NCBI GenBank assembly: GCA_905178155.1
Contig: CAJINV010000008.1
Location: 2,671,303-2,735,302 of the forward strand
Length of the DNA: 64,000 nucleotides
Direction: 5' to 3'
Source: Amoebophrya sp. A120
Taxonomy: Eukaryota; Protista; Dinoflagellata
In this document: positions 25,162-38,518 of the stretch, one piece after another
How the letters are laid out: the number at the start of each line of letters is the position of its first letter
Numbering within the stretch: position 1 is the first letter of the stretch
Translations under genes and position numbers: made by a program
The notes under the pieces: generated by a model
The model's input: the letters and a program-made list of their open reading frames with translations, nothing else
Databases searched by the model: none
What the model was told of the DNA's origin: nothing

Positions 25162-27073
25162 CGTGGCGGCGTTCGAGAGTGCCGTCGAAGGTGCCTGTGT
25201 TTTGGTTTCGTCAGGTCGTGATAACTGGTAGAAACTGGTAGATACAAATTGGTGTGCACCAAACAACTGATAACTACTACCAAGCCTCGACTTGGTGAAA
25301 TACATGATGGATAATTGCACACCGGTTCTTTTTCAAGTTTTCATTTTGCTACCCCTAGAATCAATGCGAAGATAGATACTAGCACTCTGCAAAAAAAAAA
25401 ATGACTCAAACGATGGATTCGTATAAAACCTGAGAGGAGTTCTGTAGCGTATTCCCTTGGTCCTGCTGGCTCCCTCCACCGCCATAAGGATTACCGCCGT
25501 CCTCACTGCTCCTAAATAAACCCCCGGACCCGGGTATCTCTTCTGGGCTCGTGAAAGGCGACTCAAGCCTTGGCGGGGGCGCTTTTTTAGGTAATATCGT
25601 GCGCTCTGGGTCGTTGCTATGCTGGGGCACCATGGGGTGCATCTCCGAAATATTTCCGTTACTCATCAGGAGTGTTACCACGTCGGAGGTACTCGCGACC
25701 TGCTACGACGTCGACTGAGCCCTTTTCTTGTTCGCTGTCAACCGGTCTTGCGATGTAACTGGTTCTTATTTTCCTCCGCTATCGGACCGCGTCACGAACA
25801 AGCGTTGCGACGCCGCGACTGCAAACTTTGAATTTCTGAAGTGAGTTTGAATCATGACAGAGTGAAAACAAACCTGGATAGGAGACAAATGGACTTATTA
25901 CTTCTGTAGCGTACGCGTAGGGCCGTTGTTAAAAGGTAGTTGCCTTCTTATCAGCGAAAGACCGAGCACCGAAAATCAAGCGAACAGGGCGCACTATCAT
26001 GATTGCAAAGCCCAAAGGGAGAATTAGCTCACATGTTAGAAGCACAAGGTAGAGATAATGATAAACAAGAAGTAGACATTATTGTACTTAAAAGAGTGAA
26101 AAGATGTTCGAAATGTTTGGGGTCCTGTTGAATGATAAAGTGAAGAAGTGACGTTGCGGTCACAGCGACATTAGGAAACTTCCTACTCTACGACGAAAAC
26201 GGACGAAGAGATTGCGACCAGAGGAGAACCATGCTTGTCTTGTCGTGCACGAAGATCGTACTGGTAGTACGACGACAGAACGTGATTTTCGGACGATGGA
26301 CCGACCAGGAGTAGTGCCATGTTAAATTCTTGCACGTCGAAGTTGATACTAGTACTTCAAACGAGTTATGTCCTAGCTTTGTACGAACCGACAGTTGATT
26401 GTCTTCTTCTCTAACAGACCGACCATACTCACTGCACGTCCGGCGAGGAGGATGAACGACGTCAGGCACTTTTATCAAAACCGAGTAGAAACTATTTCCT
26501 CGCCACAAGCCTTACTGACACACAGATATGTAGAGTTCTGTGCACCTATGCGATGGAAAATTTTTTATTTTACCGAGCTTTTCAGTGATTGACGTCCGTT
26601 CTCTCTTCCTTCAACTGTTCTGTGCTTGCTTCCCTGAGGGTATTGGTAGTCGCAGAAAGACTACAAAGTAGCACGGTATGTCAAATGGCTTAGTGCAGCT
26701 TGCGGTCTTCGTCTTGGATTTTGCGTTATAATTCTCTCTCTCTGAAGACCTTGTCAGCGCCCTATCCCGCGCTACTCTGGCTGACCACCCCGCTCGCTGG
26801 GTTATTTTCCGCTTTCCACGCCCGTATCCTTGCTTTGCGCTCTTCCTTCGCGATGCGGATGTTGTGTAAGTGGTGCTTCTTCCAGTTCCACTGTTGTGAG
26901 GAAAAGTTCCCCCGCCCCCGCCTTCTACGGAATGAACTTGCGAGACCACGGGATTTTTGGTTTTTCTTTTTACATTCAAGAGAACAAAGGGTAGCATCAA
27001 AGTGATCTCCCGCGTCACAAAACTTTTATGCGCATTCATTCCGTATCGCGGGGTATGGGTTTATGATTATATT

Positions 27074-28607
27074 TCAGTTTGATAATCTGTGCACCCGCTC
27101 GATTTCGATCCAGTAAGGATGGTGCCTCCGTTTCGTCCGGAACCGCGTATATAAAACGTCGCCGGTGTGTAGTTCAGCAATCGTAGATGCCGACTCTTCC
27201 ACGTAGGGAATCACGCTGCTGTTGCTCGCATTTCCCTATCCTGAGCAAAAACCGGTTGGAAGCGCCCATGTTGAACCCCTAGAGTCAAGATGGGAATAGT
27301 ACACAGGCTTGCTAAGTCACGCAGACGTATGTTGACAACCTACTTGTTACCCGTATTTCTTTGACACTGACGCGTCACAAGAGCGAGTGTCGTGTCTTTG
27401 ACACTACCCGTATTTCTTTGACGTGTCACAGCAGGAGTCGTACCTAGCTGCAAGTGCAACTGCGGCCAAATTAGAAAAGTCGACACTCCAGATGTCCTGC
27501 GTCATGTGGGAAGATCATAAAGTATATTTCCAAACAGAGCTAGCAAACGGCCCTCATGATGAATCGCACTTGACACCTGTAGCTCTGAGCAACATGCAGA
27601 TTAGCGTGACCCATGGGGCGCTCCTGGTAGGTTTTCGCGCAGGATAGTGCCGTATTCGTGTTCATTTCCAGGGCGTGTTTTACCAACCTCGGGTCGTTCC
27701 AGTACAATTCGTGCTGCGCACATATTTTGTGGAGTTTGTGCAGCAAAAAATTCGTGCCCTCGGTCGTCAGGGCCGTGGTCTGCGCGTCCACGCCATATTG
27801 CTCAACCAGCGCGGCAAGGCGGCGGATTTTTTCATTCTGCGACGGCGTGAGGGCTGGTTTCATGCCACCAGCATCCCGGTTCCGCTCTAACGCCGTGTGT
27901 ATCTTGGAAGAAGAGTAGGTGGACTCCAATTCGCCGACCAACTCCGCAACCGCGTCCACCTCGGCCTGAGAAAGCAGAGGACAGGACGGAAGAGAGGGCC
28001 CACTAGTACCCGCCACGACTGGTCGGCGGCCGCCTCCGGCACTGCTGGAAGAGGAGGAAGAGCCCGAACCAGCAAGATTAGTCGTGCTGCTACAAGAACC
28101 ACCCTCACTGCTGCTCATCACGTCTGCCATCAGCCCGAGCATCGGGTGCGTCGCCGTGCTCCCCTGCACAGACACCGCGTGGAAAAGGTTGGTCCGTGGC
28201 TGCACTTTCTTTTCCAGGTCCGTGCCCTCCAGGTGTTTTAGCATGTAGCGTTCTCGCTGCAAAAACTGGGTGGAAGGCGAACTAGAACCTCCCACTCCCG
28301 CGGTGCTCAGGCTCGATTGACTGCCGTTTTTTGCAGTTGGATTTGCAACAGTGTGCTGCTGTAGCACCTTCAAGTACCTCGCCGCGTTCCTGTAGTAAAA
28401 CTTCGCGTGCGGGAAAGAATTCTGCATTTGCAGCGACCAAAGCGACCCCACCGGATACTTCTTTTCATTGTGATCTGGGAGCTTGCGCTTGAAGAAAATT
28501 TTCCAGTCCGTACTCCACACATCGTCCCACTGCTTGTACTTGCGACAGCTCCCACCGGCGCCCGTCCGGACCGAGTACCATCCTCCTTTGTGAGTTCCCC
28601 GCGGCAT
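27074..28607 (-). CDS. Hypothetical basic/aromatic protein, two exons
   Basis: ORF 27540-28607 joins GNASNSSVIPYVEE...HPYWIEIERVHRLSN* after removing the 27237 element (GC-AG register). Confidence 0.65.
27237..27646. mobile_element. TIR introner (TATCCTG family), eroded TSD
   Basis: TATCCTGAGCAAAAACC / GGTTTTCGCGCAGGATA; flanks TTCCC vs GTGCC. Confidence 0.8.
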
Positions 28608-29146
28608 GGTGGAGCGTTCTGCGTCTTTTCAGTGCCGAAATAGACGTCGCTCCTTTTCTTGCACTAGTAATTTGTAGAATACGAGTAATTACTTCCATCG
28701 CAAGCTGTGTGCGGAATAATAAATACGCGAAGCCAAAGGAAGTCGTGACGCAGACCCATGAAGTCTTTAGTATCATCACTCTTTGCAAAAGTACTCCCGC
28801 TGTAACGAACGGCATTGATGGGTCGACGCACTGACTGTGAGAAAACATGCGCTGGAGAAGATATCGCCGAGCACTTCATGTGCGAACCAATGCGATCCAC
28901 GCAACTGCACCTTCCCGGCGCAGTGCTGTTCTTTGCCGATCGAAACTCGCGTTTTTAAACCCCTTCTGGATGGATGTTCATTTTGAAACAAAATTCATCT
29001 TGTTCATCTTTTCGTGCATGCTGGCAGGACACAATCCCTTCAATCCACAACTTTAGTCCGCAATAATGAATGGTGCGCACGACTGCATGCTAGCTCTGCT
29101 TCTCTGCTGCTATTGAAAGACTTGAATGAAAAATGAGGAATGTCTC

Positions 29147-29257
29147 TGCGTAATTATTTGTTCAAGAAAAGTGATGCTATTGTTCAAGAAAAAACTAAAT
29201 CTTTGTGCGTAATTATTGTTCAAGAAAGTTTGCTATTGTCCAAGAAAAAACTAAAAA
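29147..29257. repeat. Short imperfect tandem duplication (~59 bp x2)
   Basis: TGCGTAATTATT..GTTCAAGAAA..TGCTATTGT.CAAGAAAAAACTAAA occurs twice. Confidence 0.6.
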
Positions 29258-29512
29258 AAATCTAGCTGCAGCCGTGCGACGACATATCAATCGAGTAAAA
29301 CTAGTTTTTCGAAATAATGCTGAAATACCCAAGTACAGTTTTACATCACACGTAGTATTTTCATGTAGATTGAAAAGATATCAGCCTTGCATCTGTCCTG
29401 CGTGAAACCTCGCGAATTTTATTCAAAATGTGAGATACCTCGCCCCTACGCAGCCTAAGAGCAATTCTTACGCCCCTACGCAACCTCGTACCACCGTCGC
29501 CAAGAAGTATTC

Positions 29513-32500
29513 TTACGCGCTGTGGTTTTCCAGGATGGACAGCGCATCCTTCAGCGCGTCGATCTCCGCCTCTAGGTTTTCCATCTCTTCCTCCTTGGAA
29601 AGCTGCTTGTCCGCACACGTATACATTGCAAATATGTCTGGAACGTCTCGGGAAGCATCATACAACCGTGGTTTATCAATTTCTCATGCCATGATTACGG
29701 GTTTCAAGTTTTGTTCCTCAAAGCAGCTCCGTATTTTTAAATCATGCGAATTCTGAGTGCTTCAATAAATTTGTCAAGCCATAGACAGAAGTGCAGCGCC
29801 GCACTTTGCCTGCAGCCGCACTTCTATTTAGATTGAGAAATTTTGTCACGCGGAGCCCGCCAAAAGTAGCCGCACGACAAAATTTCTAGTCGAGCTTTGT
29901 TGTGATGAAAAAAATTGCAGTATGCGCTATAGTCACACAACCATTGCATCTTCCCAGAGGTGGATCCCACCGACTACGTAGTTGCAATGCATAACATGCC
30001 TCCGACTCGTATTTCAAGAAGATCAACTGCTCGGTCTGCCCGGAGTAATCTTGGATCGTTTCGTACAAATCCTTCCCGTTGGCCTGGAAACTCGCGATGG
30101 CCGGTTCCAAGGTTTCGCTGATTTTTCGTGCGTTTTTTAATTTTGTAGCACCCATCGAAAGCAGGGAACGCCTCCGTTGCGAAACGAATAAAGCGGAACG
30201 CAGTGTGCAGCCTGCTTTGTGACTTATCCTACTAATTTTTCCCAACTGGTCGTGCTGACAGTGGTATTACAGGGGGGTCCTCTTCTACACCGACATATAA
30301 ACACATCTGGATCGTCGCGATCAGCACTAGTACGTAGATCAGTACTACAACGAACTTTATCTTCTTGAATAACCTATACCTGACAACTCCTTCCTCTTCC
30401 GTCCTTTTGTCGTCGATCGTGTGCGAGGAGTCCGATACCATGTCGGCCTTCTCCGCTTCCAACCGCAGAATTTCTTCGTGTGCGGTGTTGAAGGTGGTCA
30501 AGTAGTCCTGCTGCAACCCCTCCATCATGCCGATAATACCAGCCATGCCGCCGGTGTTTCCGGTATACCCCGACTGCACGTCGGCCTGTGCGCTGTCGCC
30601 TGGAGGAGAGTATATTCTCTATGGCATCGTTTGTTCTCCTTTTACTGAACAAAAAGTGTAATATCATCTTCATCAGCATTAGTGTGGCTGCAACAGAAAA
30701 ATAATAAATGCAAATGAGAGCAAAAGCTGTCAGCGTCTCGCCGCTTCTGTCGATGTGGTCTCAGCGCTTATCCAAAACAACAGCGTAGCTTGCCGATCTT
30801 ACCGTAGAAATCGGTCTTCAGCATGCCGATCACCTCCGCCAGGGACTCTTTCCCGTGCTCGGCGACGTCCTTCGCGTTGGTGTGCAGGTGGATGTCATGA
30901 ATAAACTGCGAGTTTGCCTTCGTGCACGCGGACTTTGCGTCACGGATGCTCTGCTCGAGTTCCTCGATCTTTGCGTAGCTCTCCGCCATCGTGGCCTGCG
31001 CGTCCTCCAACCCGGTCTATCAAACGCAAAAGTGTCTGGGTCTGGAAGAGTCATGCTGTTTCTGCATGAAAGGAAGGTCTCGCATGGAAGCTCTAGCATC
31101 ACAGGTCTCGAGAAGCTTCCACAATGCCGAACCCGCATGACAAATCCAAATCCCCCACTTTGGTGAGAGAAAGTGCGCAGCTTGAGCTTTTGCTACCTAT
31201 GCATGAGAGATTTTTGTGTGTTCCGAAATGCGCATCACAGGTTGCATTCTTCCAGACCCAGACATTTTTACATTTGATACGGTCTCGTACTTGACAATGT
31301 CTTTTTTGTTCTTCGTCCTCGTGTCCTGCAGCTTGGTTTCCTCCGTCGTGCAGTAGGTGTTGCGCTTCAACTCGTTGGCCGCTTCCGTCTTCAGGCGCTC
31401 GATCAAGTTCGCGATCATCAAAAATCCTGAGGAAAAACGATCAACATCCGCCCCGAAGTTTTTGTGTTTTATGCAAATCATCGCCAGCGCTGCGGACGCA
31501 TCTCGGGCGAGGCGAGCGGCACAATCATGAGGCGCACTCTGGTGATGTGCGGTGCTAGTATGTATCAGAAGTCTCAATCTCTTTCTGATTCTGTCGTGCT
31601 CGGTGGATCAGCACTTTTACAAAGTGAATTTTTCATCACGCGCCTAGCACACAAACCAACATCGGCTGTATTGTGGAAATTTAGGGAGCTTATCATACGC
31701 ACATCAAATCTTCTAAAAGCTGCGCAGAGATGATTCCATCTCAACTATATGCTACCTAGGGTGCGGGTATAGCGGCTTTCCCTCAGGATATGACGCGCAC
31801 TTTCTTGAGCGGGTCCTTCCGCACGGAGCTCATCACGGAGATGAGCACGGTGCTGTGCAGTTCCTTTGCCTTGGTGGACAGGAGCGACATGATGTTCGAC
31901 CGGTCACTCGTGCTGTCCTCGTCGTTCTTCAGCTGCAACAACCTGGTGGACCGCTGCAGGAAGACCGCGGCGTTGGCCTTGCCCTTCGGCATCGCGACCC
32001 GCGGGATGTCAACCACGCGGTCCTCCGGGTCGTAGGTGCACTTCACGACCTCCGGCTCGCCCTCTTCCGTGACGGCGGGGGGCTTGGGCGTGGGGGCCGC
32101 GCCGAACTTCTCGTTGAACGCCGCCGTGGTGGTGGACACGACCTGCAACTCCTTCAGCCGGGTTTTCTCGTCCGCGTCGTACTCTTTCTTCGCTTGGGTC
32201 ATCCGCTCCGTGGCCTCCTTCAGCATCTTTGTGTCCGTTTCGATCTGCACCTTCAGCGCGTGCATTTCCTGGTCCAGCTTCAGCACGGAGGACCGGCAGG
32301 CCTCCATCTCCTCCGTGTCGTCCTCGATCTTTTTCTTCAGCTCCGCGATCTTGTTCTCCAGGGCCTGGATGGCTTTCACCAGTTCGCTTTCCTCTTCGGT
32401 CCACTCTTTCCTCGTCTGCGCAAAGTGGTCGGAGATGTCGTCCTTCAGATCGTTCAGCATCTCGATCAGCGCGTCGTGCCCGGTCTTGTGCACCTCCGGC

Positions 32501-33964
32501 TGCTCCACGTCGTCCTTCAGCAGGGAAAGCGCACGCAGCTTCTGCTTCACCTGCAAAAACGCCTGCAGAGAGTCCACGCTCTCCGTCGCGGCCTGCAGCG
32601 AGTCCTTGGCTTGCTGGATCAGATCCATCTGTAGTTTTGGAAATAGACAGAAGACATAAGGTCATGCGGGCAAGATTTATTGGATAACCTGCATTCGACA
32701 TAGATCCTAGTACCGTGTAAGGCAAGCTTCTTGTTCAACAGCACAGCCGTAAGGAGAGCCAGAAACTGCCCCAGCAACGACCTAAGAGTCATCCTGGTGC
32801 GACACGCAATAGATACGAAGGTTCAAAAAAAAACCCGCTTTTTAAATCAAAATTCCAAAACTTTAACTTTGTAAATTGTCGTGTAGTACATCTTATATAT
32901 AATTTCAATGCAACCGCAAAAAACAAGTAAGAGTAAGTACCCCTTCCTGCGCTTCAGCCATGGTCTTCATGGCGAACTCTTCCTTCACCTTCTTCTCTTC
33001 CAGCTTGTCTTACAATATCACACAGAAACACTGCACCACTGAGAAGTGAGTCTCTTTTTTGCAAAGGGAGAAACACTGAAAATGGGAGTCCCGCTGGCGT
33101 GTGCGCTGCCATCAATGGCGAGCACATATATTCTTTCTTTATTTGCTGTACATCGATATAAAGTTGCAAAATTGCAATTGGATGCCAGAGTGCGGATGAC
33201 AAAAAGTAAAACTTTCTCGGTTCCTTTTTGAACTCATGCCAAGTGCCTTAAAATCTGCACCAGCTCTGCACCTCGTCAAAAGAGAGCCGTGGTGCAGTAA
33301 GTACCCTAAGTTTATTTCCCGCGCGTACTCAGCTCCTGTTCCTTACTTGCCTTCGCAGCTTTTGTAAACTTGATGCTACCTTCTGACTTTGCGTCGGCGG
33401 TTAAGAATTCCCACCTGCTTTGGTCTTTTTGCCTGACGCCCTCTTTGGCCTCGTACTCGCCTTGTGATGTGGTGATTGCGGCAGTGGTCTTGTCGAATAG
33501 CTCCTTGTACGCGCAAGATTTTGAAATGGAAGCGACAAAGACCGGCGCTTTATCCGACTCGTGTCTACACGAGGTACCAGCCCGTGTTTTAGAGACATCG
33601 CAACTAAAAGTATATTGCAGTGGGCAGCTAAAAGATCGCGCGGTGCTAATAAGATTGGCTTCTGCTGATCAACATGTCGCGTGCATGCAAGAAAGTTCCG
33701 AAATCTTTCTAAATTTCAAAATCCCCCGTCCGACCTTGTGTCGGATGGCATCAAAATCGGAGAAAACGCCGGCTTTCCTCCGATACTCTCTTCCTGCAAC
33801 TTTGCCGCTTCCTTCCCCTCCTCGACGGCTGTTTCTTTAAATTTTTCCAGCAGCTCCCGCACCTTTTGTATTCCCACCGGGTCATCTCGGAACCGCAATT
33901 TACTTGAAGAAGCTTGCTGCACATAAAGGCCGCTGACCGCGACCAGCGAGTTTATTTTCCGCAT
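29513..33964 (-). CDS. Secreted long coiled-coil protein of dinoflagellate type (trichocyst-matrix-like precursor architecture), multi-exon
   Basis: Short leader, DDPVGIQKVRELL, AFLQ/VFLQ motifs, KDPLKKVR-LMIANLIERLK, GIIGMMEGLQQDY, C-terminal EIDALKDALSILEN. The functional assignment is inference. Confidence 0.7.
31018..31279. mobile_element. TIR introner (GTCTGGGTCTGGAA family), TSD CGGTC
   Basis: CGGTC at 31013-31017 and 31280-31284; TATCAAACGCAAAAGTGTCTGGGTCTGGAAGA / TCTTCCAGACCCAGACATTTTTACATTTGATA. Confidence 0.95.
31423..31790. mobile_element. TIR introner (TATCCTG family), eroded TSD
   Basis: AATCCTGAGGAAAAACG / GCTTTCCCTCAGGATA; separates KKVR from LMIANL. Confidence 0.75.
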
Positions 33965-34605
33965 TCTGTCTGCGGCCCTTGTAAAGTTCCAATAACTCTA
34001 TGATCCCAAGTTTTTTCAAATTAATGTACGGGGGTACGAAAAGACGAAGACCACAATGAACGTGCTGTCACGGCCCGCAAGCGGCCCTTCAATAATTTTT
34101 GACCGGCTACTTCTTTTACACATAGGGGAACGACGCGCAACACGAGTGATTATTCCATGCATTGCCAAAAGAACGCTTTTCTGCAACCGCTTTTTGACGG
34201 GATGATCTTCACCCACGACCTTGCATTATCACGACGTCAGATCCTCGAAAAACGCCGAGAAAAAGGCATTTAAAGACCAAATTATGCCGGAAGACTGGAA
34301 CATTTAGCGCATATCTTACCTCTTCGTCGCTTTCAGCGATACTAGGGAATGAAACGTCCGTCACTGTTCGGGTTTCATACTTTTCTTTTTGATTGTCGTC
34401 CAGCAAAGAAGCTCTAAATACTGATTTCTAAATTCCACCTGCTCGAGTAGTTTATTGTCGTCAAGAGAACATCATTCTTGAAAAAGTCGTTCTTGAGAGA
34501 AGCCGCCGCGTGTAGAAGTAGCATCTTCAAATCGATGCTGTCGACACACGCCGGTGCCCTGCTGATCTCCTGCGGAGATGAACAAAACTTTCCGTAAAAA
34601 CTAGA

Positions 34606-37600
34606 TTACAGCATGTCGATGTCGTCGGTATCTGACTCGGCGAGGATTTCCTCCCGTTCCCTGGATTCCCTGGTCGGGTCCGAATCCTCCGCGCTAGTTG
34701 CGTCCTTTTTCGAGGGGTACTCCATACTCCGCACGCAGTCGTTGTAGAGCTGCAGGCAGAACGCGATCCGCTTGTGCAACTGCGCCTGCGGTTCCGTCGT
34801 CCCGTAGACATCGTGCAGGTTCTTCGAGAGCAGCGCGTTTTTCTCAAAATCTATGGTCGCATTTATCACACCGTCCGCGATGGCCTGCAAGGATTTATTA
34901 TTTTGTCTAGCGAAAGTAGACCCCTGGAACTACTCAGCAGATTTAGACTTCTCGATAATCATAATTCTAATTGTTCATGCTGACAAGCATGTCATTACTT
35001 TTATTCACCAGAAACAAGATCGGCCGATGTAGCTGAAACAAGTAGCGCTGTGCCACTCCTGCTCGTATTTTGCAAACCATAAAATGCCAGTCGTCTATAC
35101 CTTCCCACATATTCCTGTTGCGTCCTCGACGCTTTCCAGCCCGAGTTTTTCAGCCACATCCGCCAGTGATATTTTGGAGTACGACACATTGATCTTTCTT
35201 AAACCCGTCTTAATCACGTTGTAGCGTAGCCGCATCACAAGCGTCAGCGTCCCGTCTTCCTTAAACAGCGCCTGGTGTCGCGTCACCACGGATTCGAATT
35301 GCGGTACGGACCCGCCCAACTATCCCAAGGGAAAAGATCCCCACCAACGATCTCATCAAGTCTGGAACTCTGCAAGAACAAATATCCGCCCAGGTTTTCT
35401 TTGCGAGTTTGCAACACGCATGACAACTTGCTTACAACGTGACGAATGCCGAAACCGGACTAAGCCTCCAATGTTGGGGAAGCTGCGGAGTACAAATGTT
35501 TCTGTAGACGCAAATTCGCATGACAACTTCGAGTCGTAGTTGGGGATGTTTTCATTTAGGATAGCCGCACAGCCTTGGTCACCTCTTCGTAGGGAAGCAA
35601 AAACTCCTTGAATTCGGGCTGCAGGAAGTGTTTTCGCGCCGGGATCTCCCCCATCAGCAGCTCCACGACCAGCGCGAACTTCCATGCGAGCAGTTTGAAA
35701 GCCACCGCTTTCTCCGAGGACTGAGGAGCCTTGCGGATTGCCTGTACAAGTAGTTTGGGTTTGGTTTTGTTTGTTTCTCGGGGTTAGGAAGAGTCGAAGG
35801 TGTCGTGGCTCATCTACCCTCGCTCGCGCAATTAATTTTCGGGCTCCTTCTGCGGCGACACAGTATGTAAGGTTTGCATATTGAACAGGACGCTCTGGAT
35901 CTCCACCTTCGTGGAGAATGAAAAACGCAGTACTGAAAAACCGCATTAAGTACCTGCATAAGCTTGCTGTGGGCATCAGAATACTGCAACTGGATACTTT
36001 TCATCCGCCCGATGTAGAAGAGATACCTGGAATTTTGACGCACCCGAAAGTTGGCCGTTTATTCTAAGCACCGTCCTGATGCCGAACAATCATATACAAA
36101 ATCCTCACTCCTGGTTCTGTCATGCCAATGAAGAAAAACCTCCTCCCACTACACAAGCGTATATTAGAGACAGTGCGCTGCAGCTCGGCTGCGTCTTGTA
36201 GCAGAAGACTAGTCTTTATTTTTCAGCAAAAAACCTGTACCTCGCGAACTCCGCGTTGGTCCTGTTTTCTGGAAAGGTTGTCTTGGACACAAACTGTGTT
36301 GCCTGGTCGAACAGATTGTACTTCACGTAGTTCCTCAGCACTAGATTCAACGTCGTCGCCTGTGTGTTAATTTCGTATAAATCATTCCGATTCGTTTTCA
36401 TCATGCCAAATTGCAAAACAGCTGTTCTGCCAAGGCCCAACGTAAATCAGATGAAGGCACAGCGATGCGGACGCGGAAAGAGCATTTCTTTATGCACCAC
36501 CACGCCTATTTTGCTTAGGTACAGAGTGGTAAATCGCATTCCGGGCGGCCAGCTGCAGGAAGTCGATGTATCAACATGTCAGCCTAAGGAACTCCCTATT
36601 CATCTATCAACATGTCAGCCAACGTGCAAGAACCTGCGTCCCAGCGTCCCGCCTGAGCACCGAAGTTCGGTATATCGCGAGCAGGTCGTTCCGTATCACT
36701 TCGCTGTCGTTGTACACCCGTGCGAAGTAGCCGTAGATCTTGCTCGCGAAAAAGTCCAACGTCCGCCGGTTGAGCCGCGAGAGTTGCGCGACTAGCTGCG
36801 CCACAAAGGTTTCCACTGAGGGCTTGTCAGACCCTTTCAGCAAAAAGTCCACGACCAGAATGGAAAAAAAGAATCCCACCTCGATCGGCTGCGGCTTACT
36901 GCTGCTTCCGCTGCTGGTTGCGCTCGAGCTGGCGGCGGTTTTATTGCTCGACATATCAACTGTAAAAATGTCTGGGTCTGGAAGAATTCATGTTTGTCAT
37001 GCTTGTCTGGCATGACTCTTAAATCTGTCATGCATGTTACCCAAGAGCTCCGTTTTTCTGTAATGCAGAAGCGCAGTTTGTCATGCAGAATAGGCAACAC
37101 CTAGGAGCTCAGAAACTTGTCATGCTGAGCCAGCATTTGTAGCGTCATCATGAGACGCCACCCAGCATCACAAGTTTCCAGACCCAGACATTTTTACTTT
37201 TGATACGACACCTGTAGTCCTGATTCCCCCGCTGCTGGGTCGAAGTTGTTACCGCTCACCCCCGCAGCCTCTTTCAAGGCCTGTTCCAGCTCCTTATCCT
37301 GAAGAAAAACGTCCCCACTCCAGAGTTGTCATGCTAAACAAAATGCGACACACTTTGCCCCCCCATTGTACCATGGCCGCAGATGGCTTGGCACGCAGGG
37401 CGGGTGGGTCAGGCGGACACCGAAGTGCCATCACCATCATCTCCCGGCCACTATATCCCAACTCTGATCTCGCCAACCAACCATACTGCGCCAACAACCA
37501 TACTGTGCCAACTTGTGCCAACTTGCCAACTCCAGAGTTGTCATGCAGATTTGCAATGACAAAGACATTTGTGATGCGCATACCCATGGTAGACATTTCC

Positions 37601-38518
37601 AATCGTGTTTTGCAATTTGTGATGCTGAGAACAGGATGAGCAGATGGATCTGTGATGCGGCTGCACTTGCTAACCTGCACTACACTACGGAGTGCAACTT
37701 GTCATGCGCGACTCCCAAAACTCATAGGTTTGTGTTGCAAAATCCCCATCTTGACTATGGGGTGGGGACGTTTTTACACAGGATACTCCTCGGCCAGCGG
37801 TTGCTTACTCGCCGCCCCTTCCTTGGCCAGCAGGGTAAGCAGCATCTCCTTCCGCTCGTCCTTGTCGGAAAGAAGCACTTCCACACACCGTCGCAACACG
37901 GGCCCGGTCTGTCAAAATGAAAAACAGTTCTCCCGCCGCGAGAGTGACACACAGCTATATGTACAGCTTGGGAAGAAGATGGTGCAAGCTTTTTTGATTT
38001 TTGAAACCTCTCCATGATCCTTCCGAGTTTTTTAAGTTAAGTACATACTTCAGCACAAATACAAATGCAAGTTGTCTATCGATTACGCTGGATGTAAGTA
38101 TCGTAGACATGGAAGCGGCACTTGCCACGGAAAGGTTGCTCTGCGTGTCGACGTTCTACTCCAGAAGAGCAAAAGCGGTTCGCAGGCTCCTGCCACATAC
38201 AAGAAATGCTTCCTCTGCTGCTCAGCAAGTTATTTACAAAACAAGAAAGCTGTCTCGTGCATTCGACACGCGGCGGGTCGCATTTCATTGACATACGGTC
38301 AGGGTTCTCTTTAGCACCGCGAGCTGGAGCTTCGACAACGCACGGAGATCCACACTGGCGACGGCCTGCTGTATGGCAAGGATGGTGGCTCCCATCTTCT
38401 TGATTACTTCCACGTTTTCGTCCGGAACCTGGTCATCTTTCGTCGCGTCCGTCATCTCCACGTCGGATAGGCCCGTCCCAGTCTTGTTGGAGGCCGCCGC
38501 CTTCTGCGCCTCGGGCAT
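34606..38518 (-). CDS. RPN3: 26S proteasome regulatory subunit RPN3 (PSMD3), multi-exon
   Basis: NRRTLDFFASKIYGY; QATTLNLVLRNY; ARYLFYIGRMKSIQLQYSDA; QAIRKAPQ; LRYNVIKTGLRKINVSYSKISLADVAEKL; KAIADGVINATID; YGTTEPQAQLHKRIAFCLQLYNDCVRSMEYP. Confidence 0.96.
35321..35563. mobile_element. TIR introner in RPN3, eroded TSD
   Basis: TATCCCAAGGGAAAAGATCCCCA / TGGGGATGTTTTCATTTAGGATA; splits AVR|GGSVPQF. Confidence 0.75.
36954..37205. mobile_element. TIR introner (GTCTGGGTCTGGAA family), TSD CGACA
   Basis: CGACA at 36949-36953 and 37206-37210; removal gives GLQVS-SNKTA. Confidence 0.93.
37295..37785. mobile_element. TIR introner (TATCCTG family), TSD CTCCT
   Basis: CTCCT at 37290-37294 and 37786-37790; TATCCTGAAGAAAAACGTCCCCAC / GTGGGGACGTTTTTACACAGGATA. 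Confidence 0.93.
37910..38295. mobile_element. Degenerate TIR introner, TSD CGGTC
   Basis: CGGTC at 37905-37909 and 38296-38300; TGTCAAAATGAAA / TTTCATTGACATA; GT-AG register gives RTLT-TGPVL. Confidence 0.8.

Noticed and set aside
27074-28607. Possible mitoribosomal protein identity
   Set aside because: Only compositional resemblance; no recognised motif.
36569-36620. TATCAACATGTCAGCC duplicated
   Set aside because: Small local duplication inside a canonical GT-AG RPN3 intron; no wider pattern.
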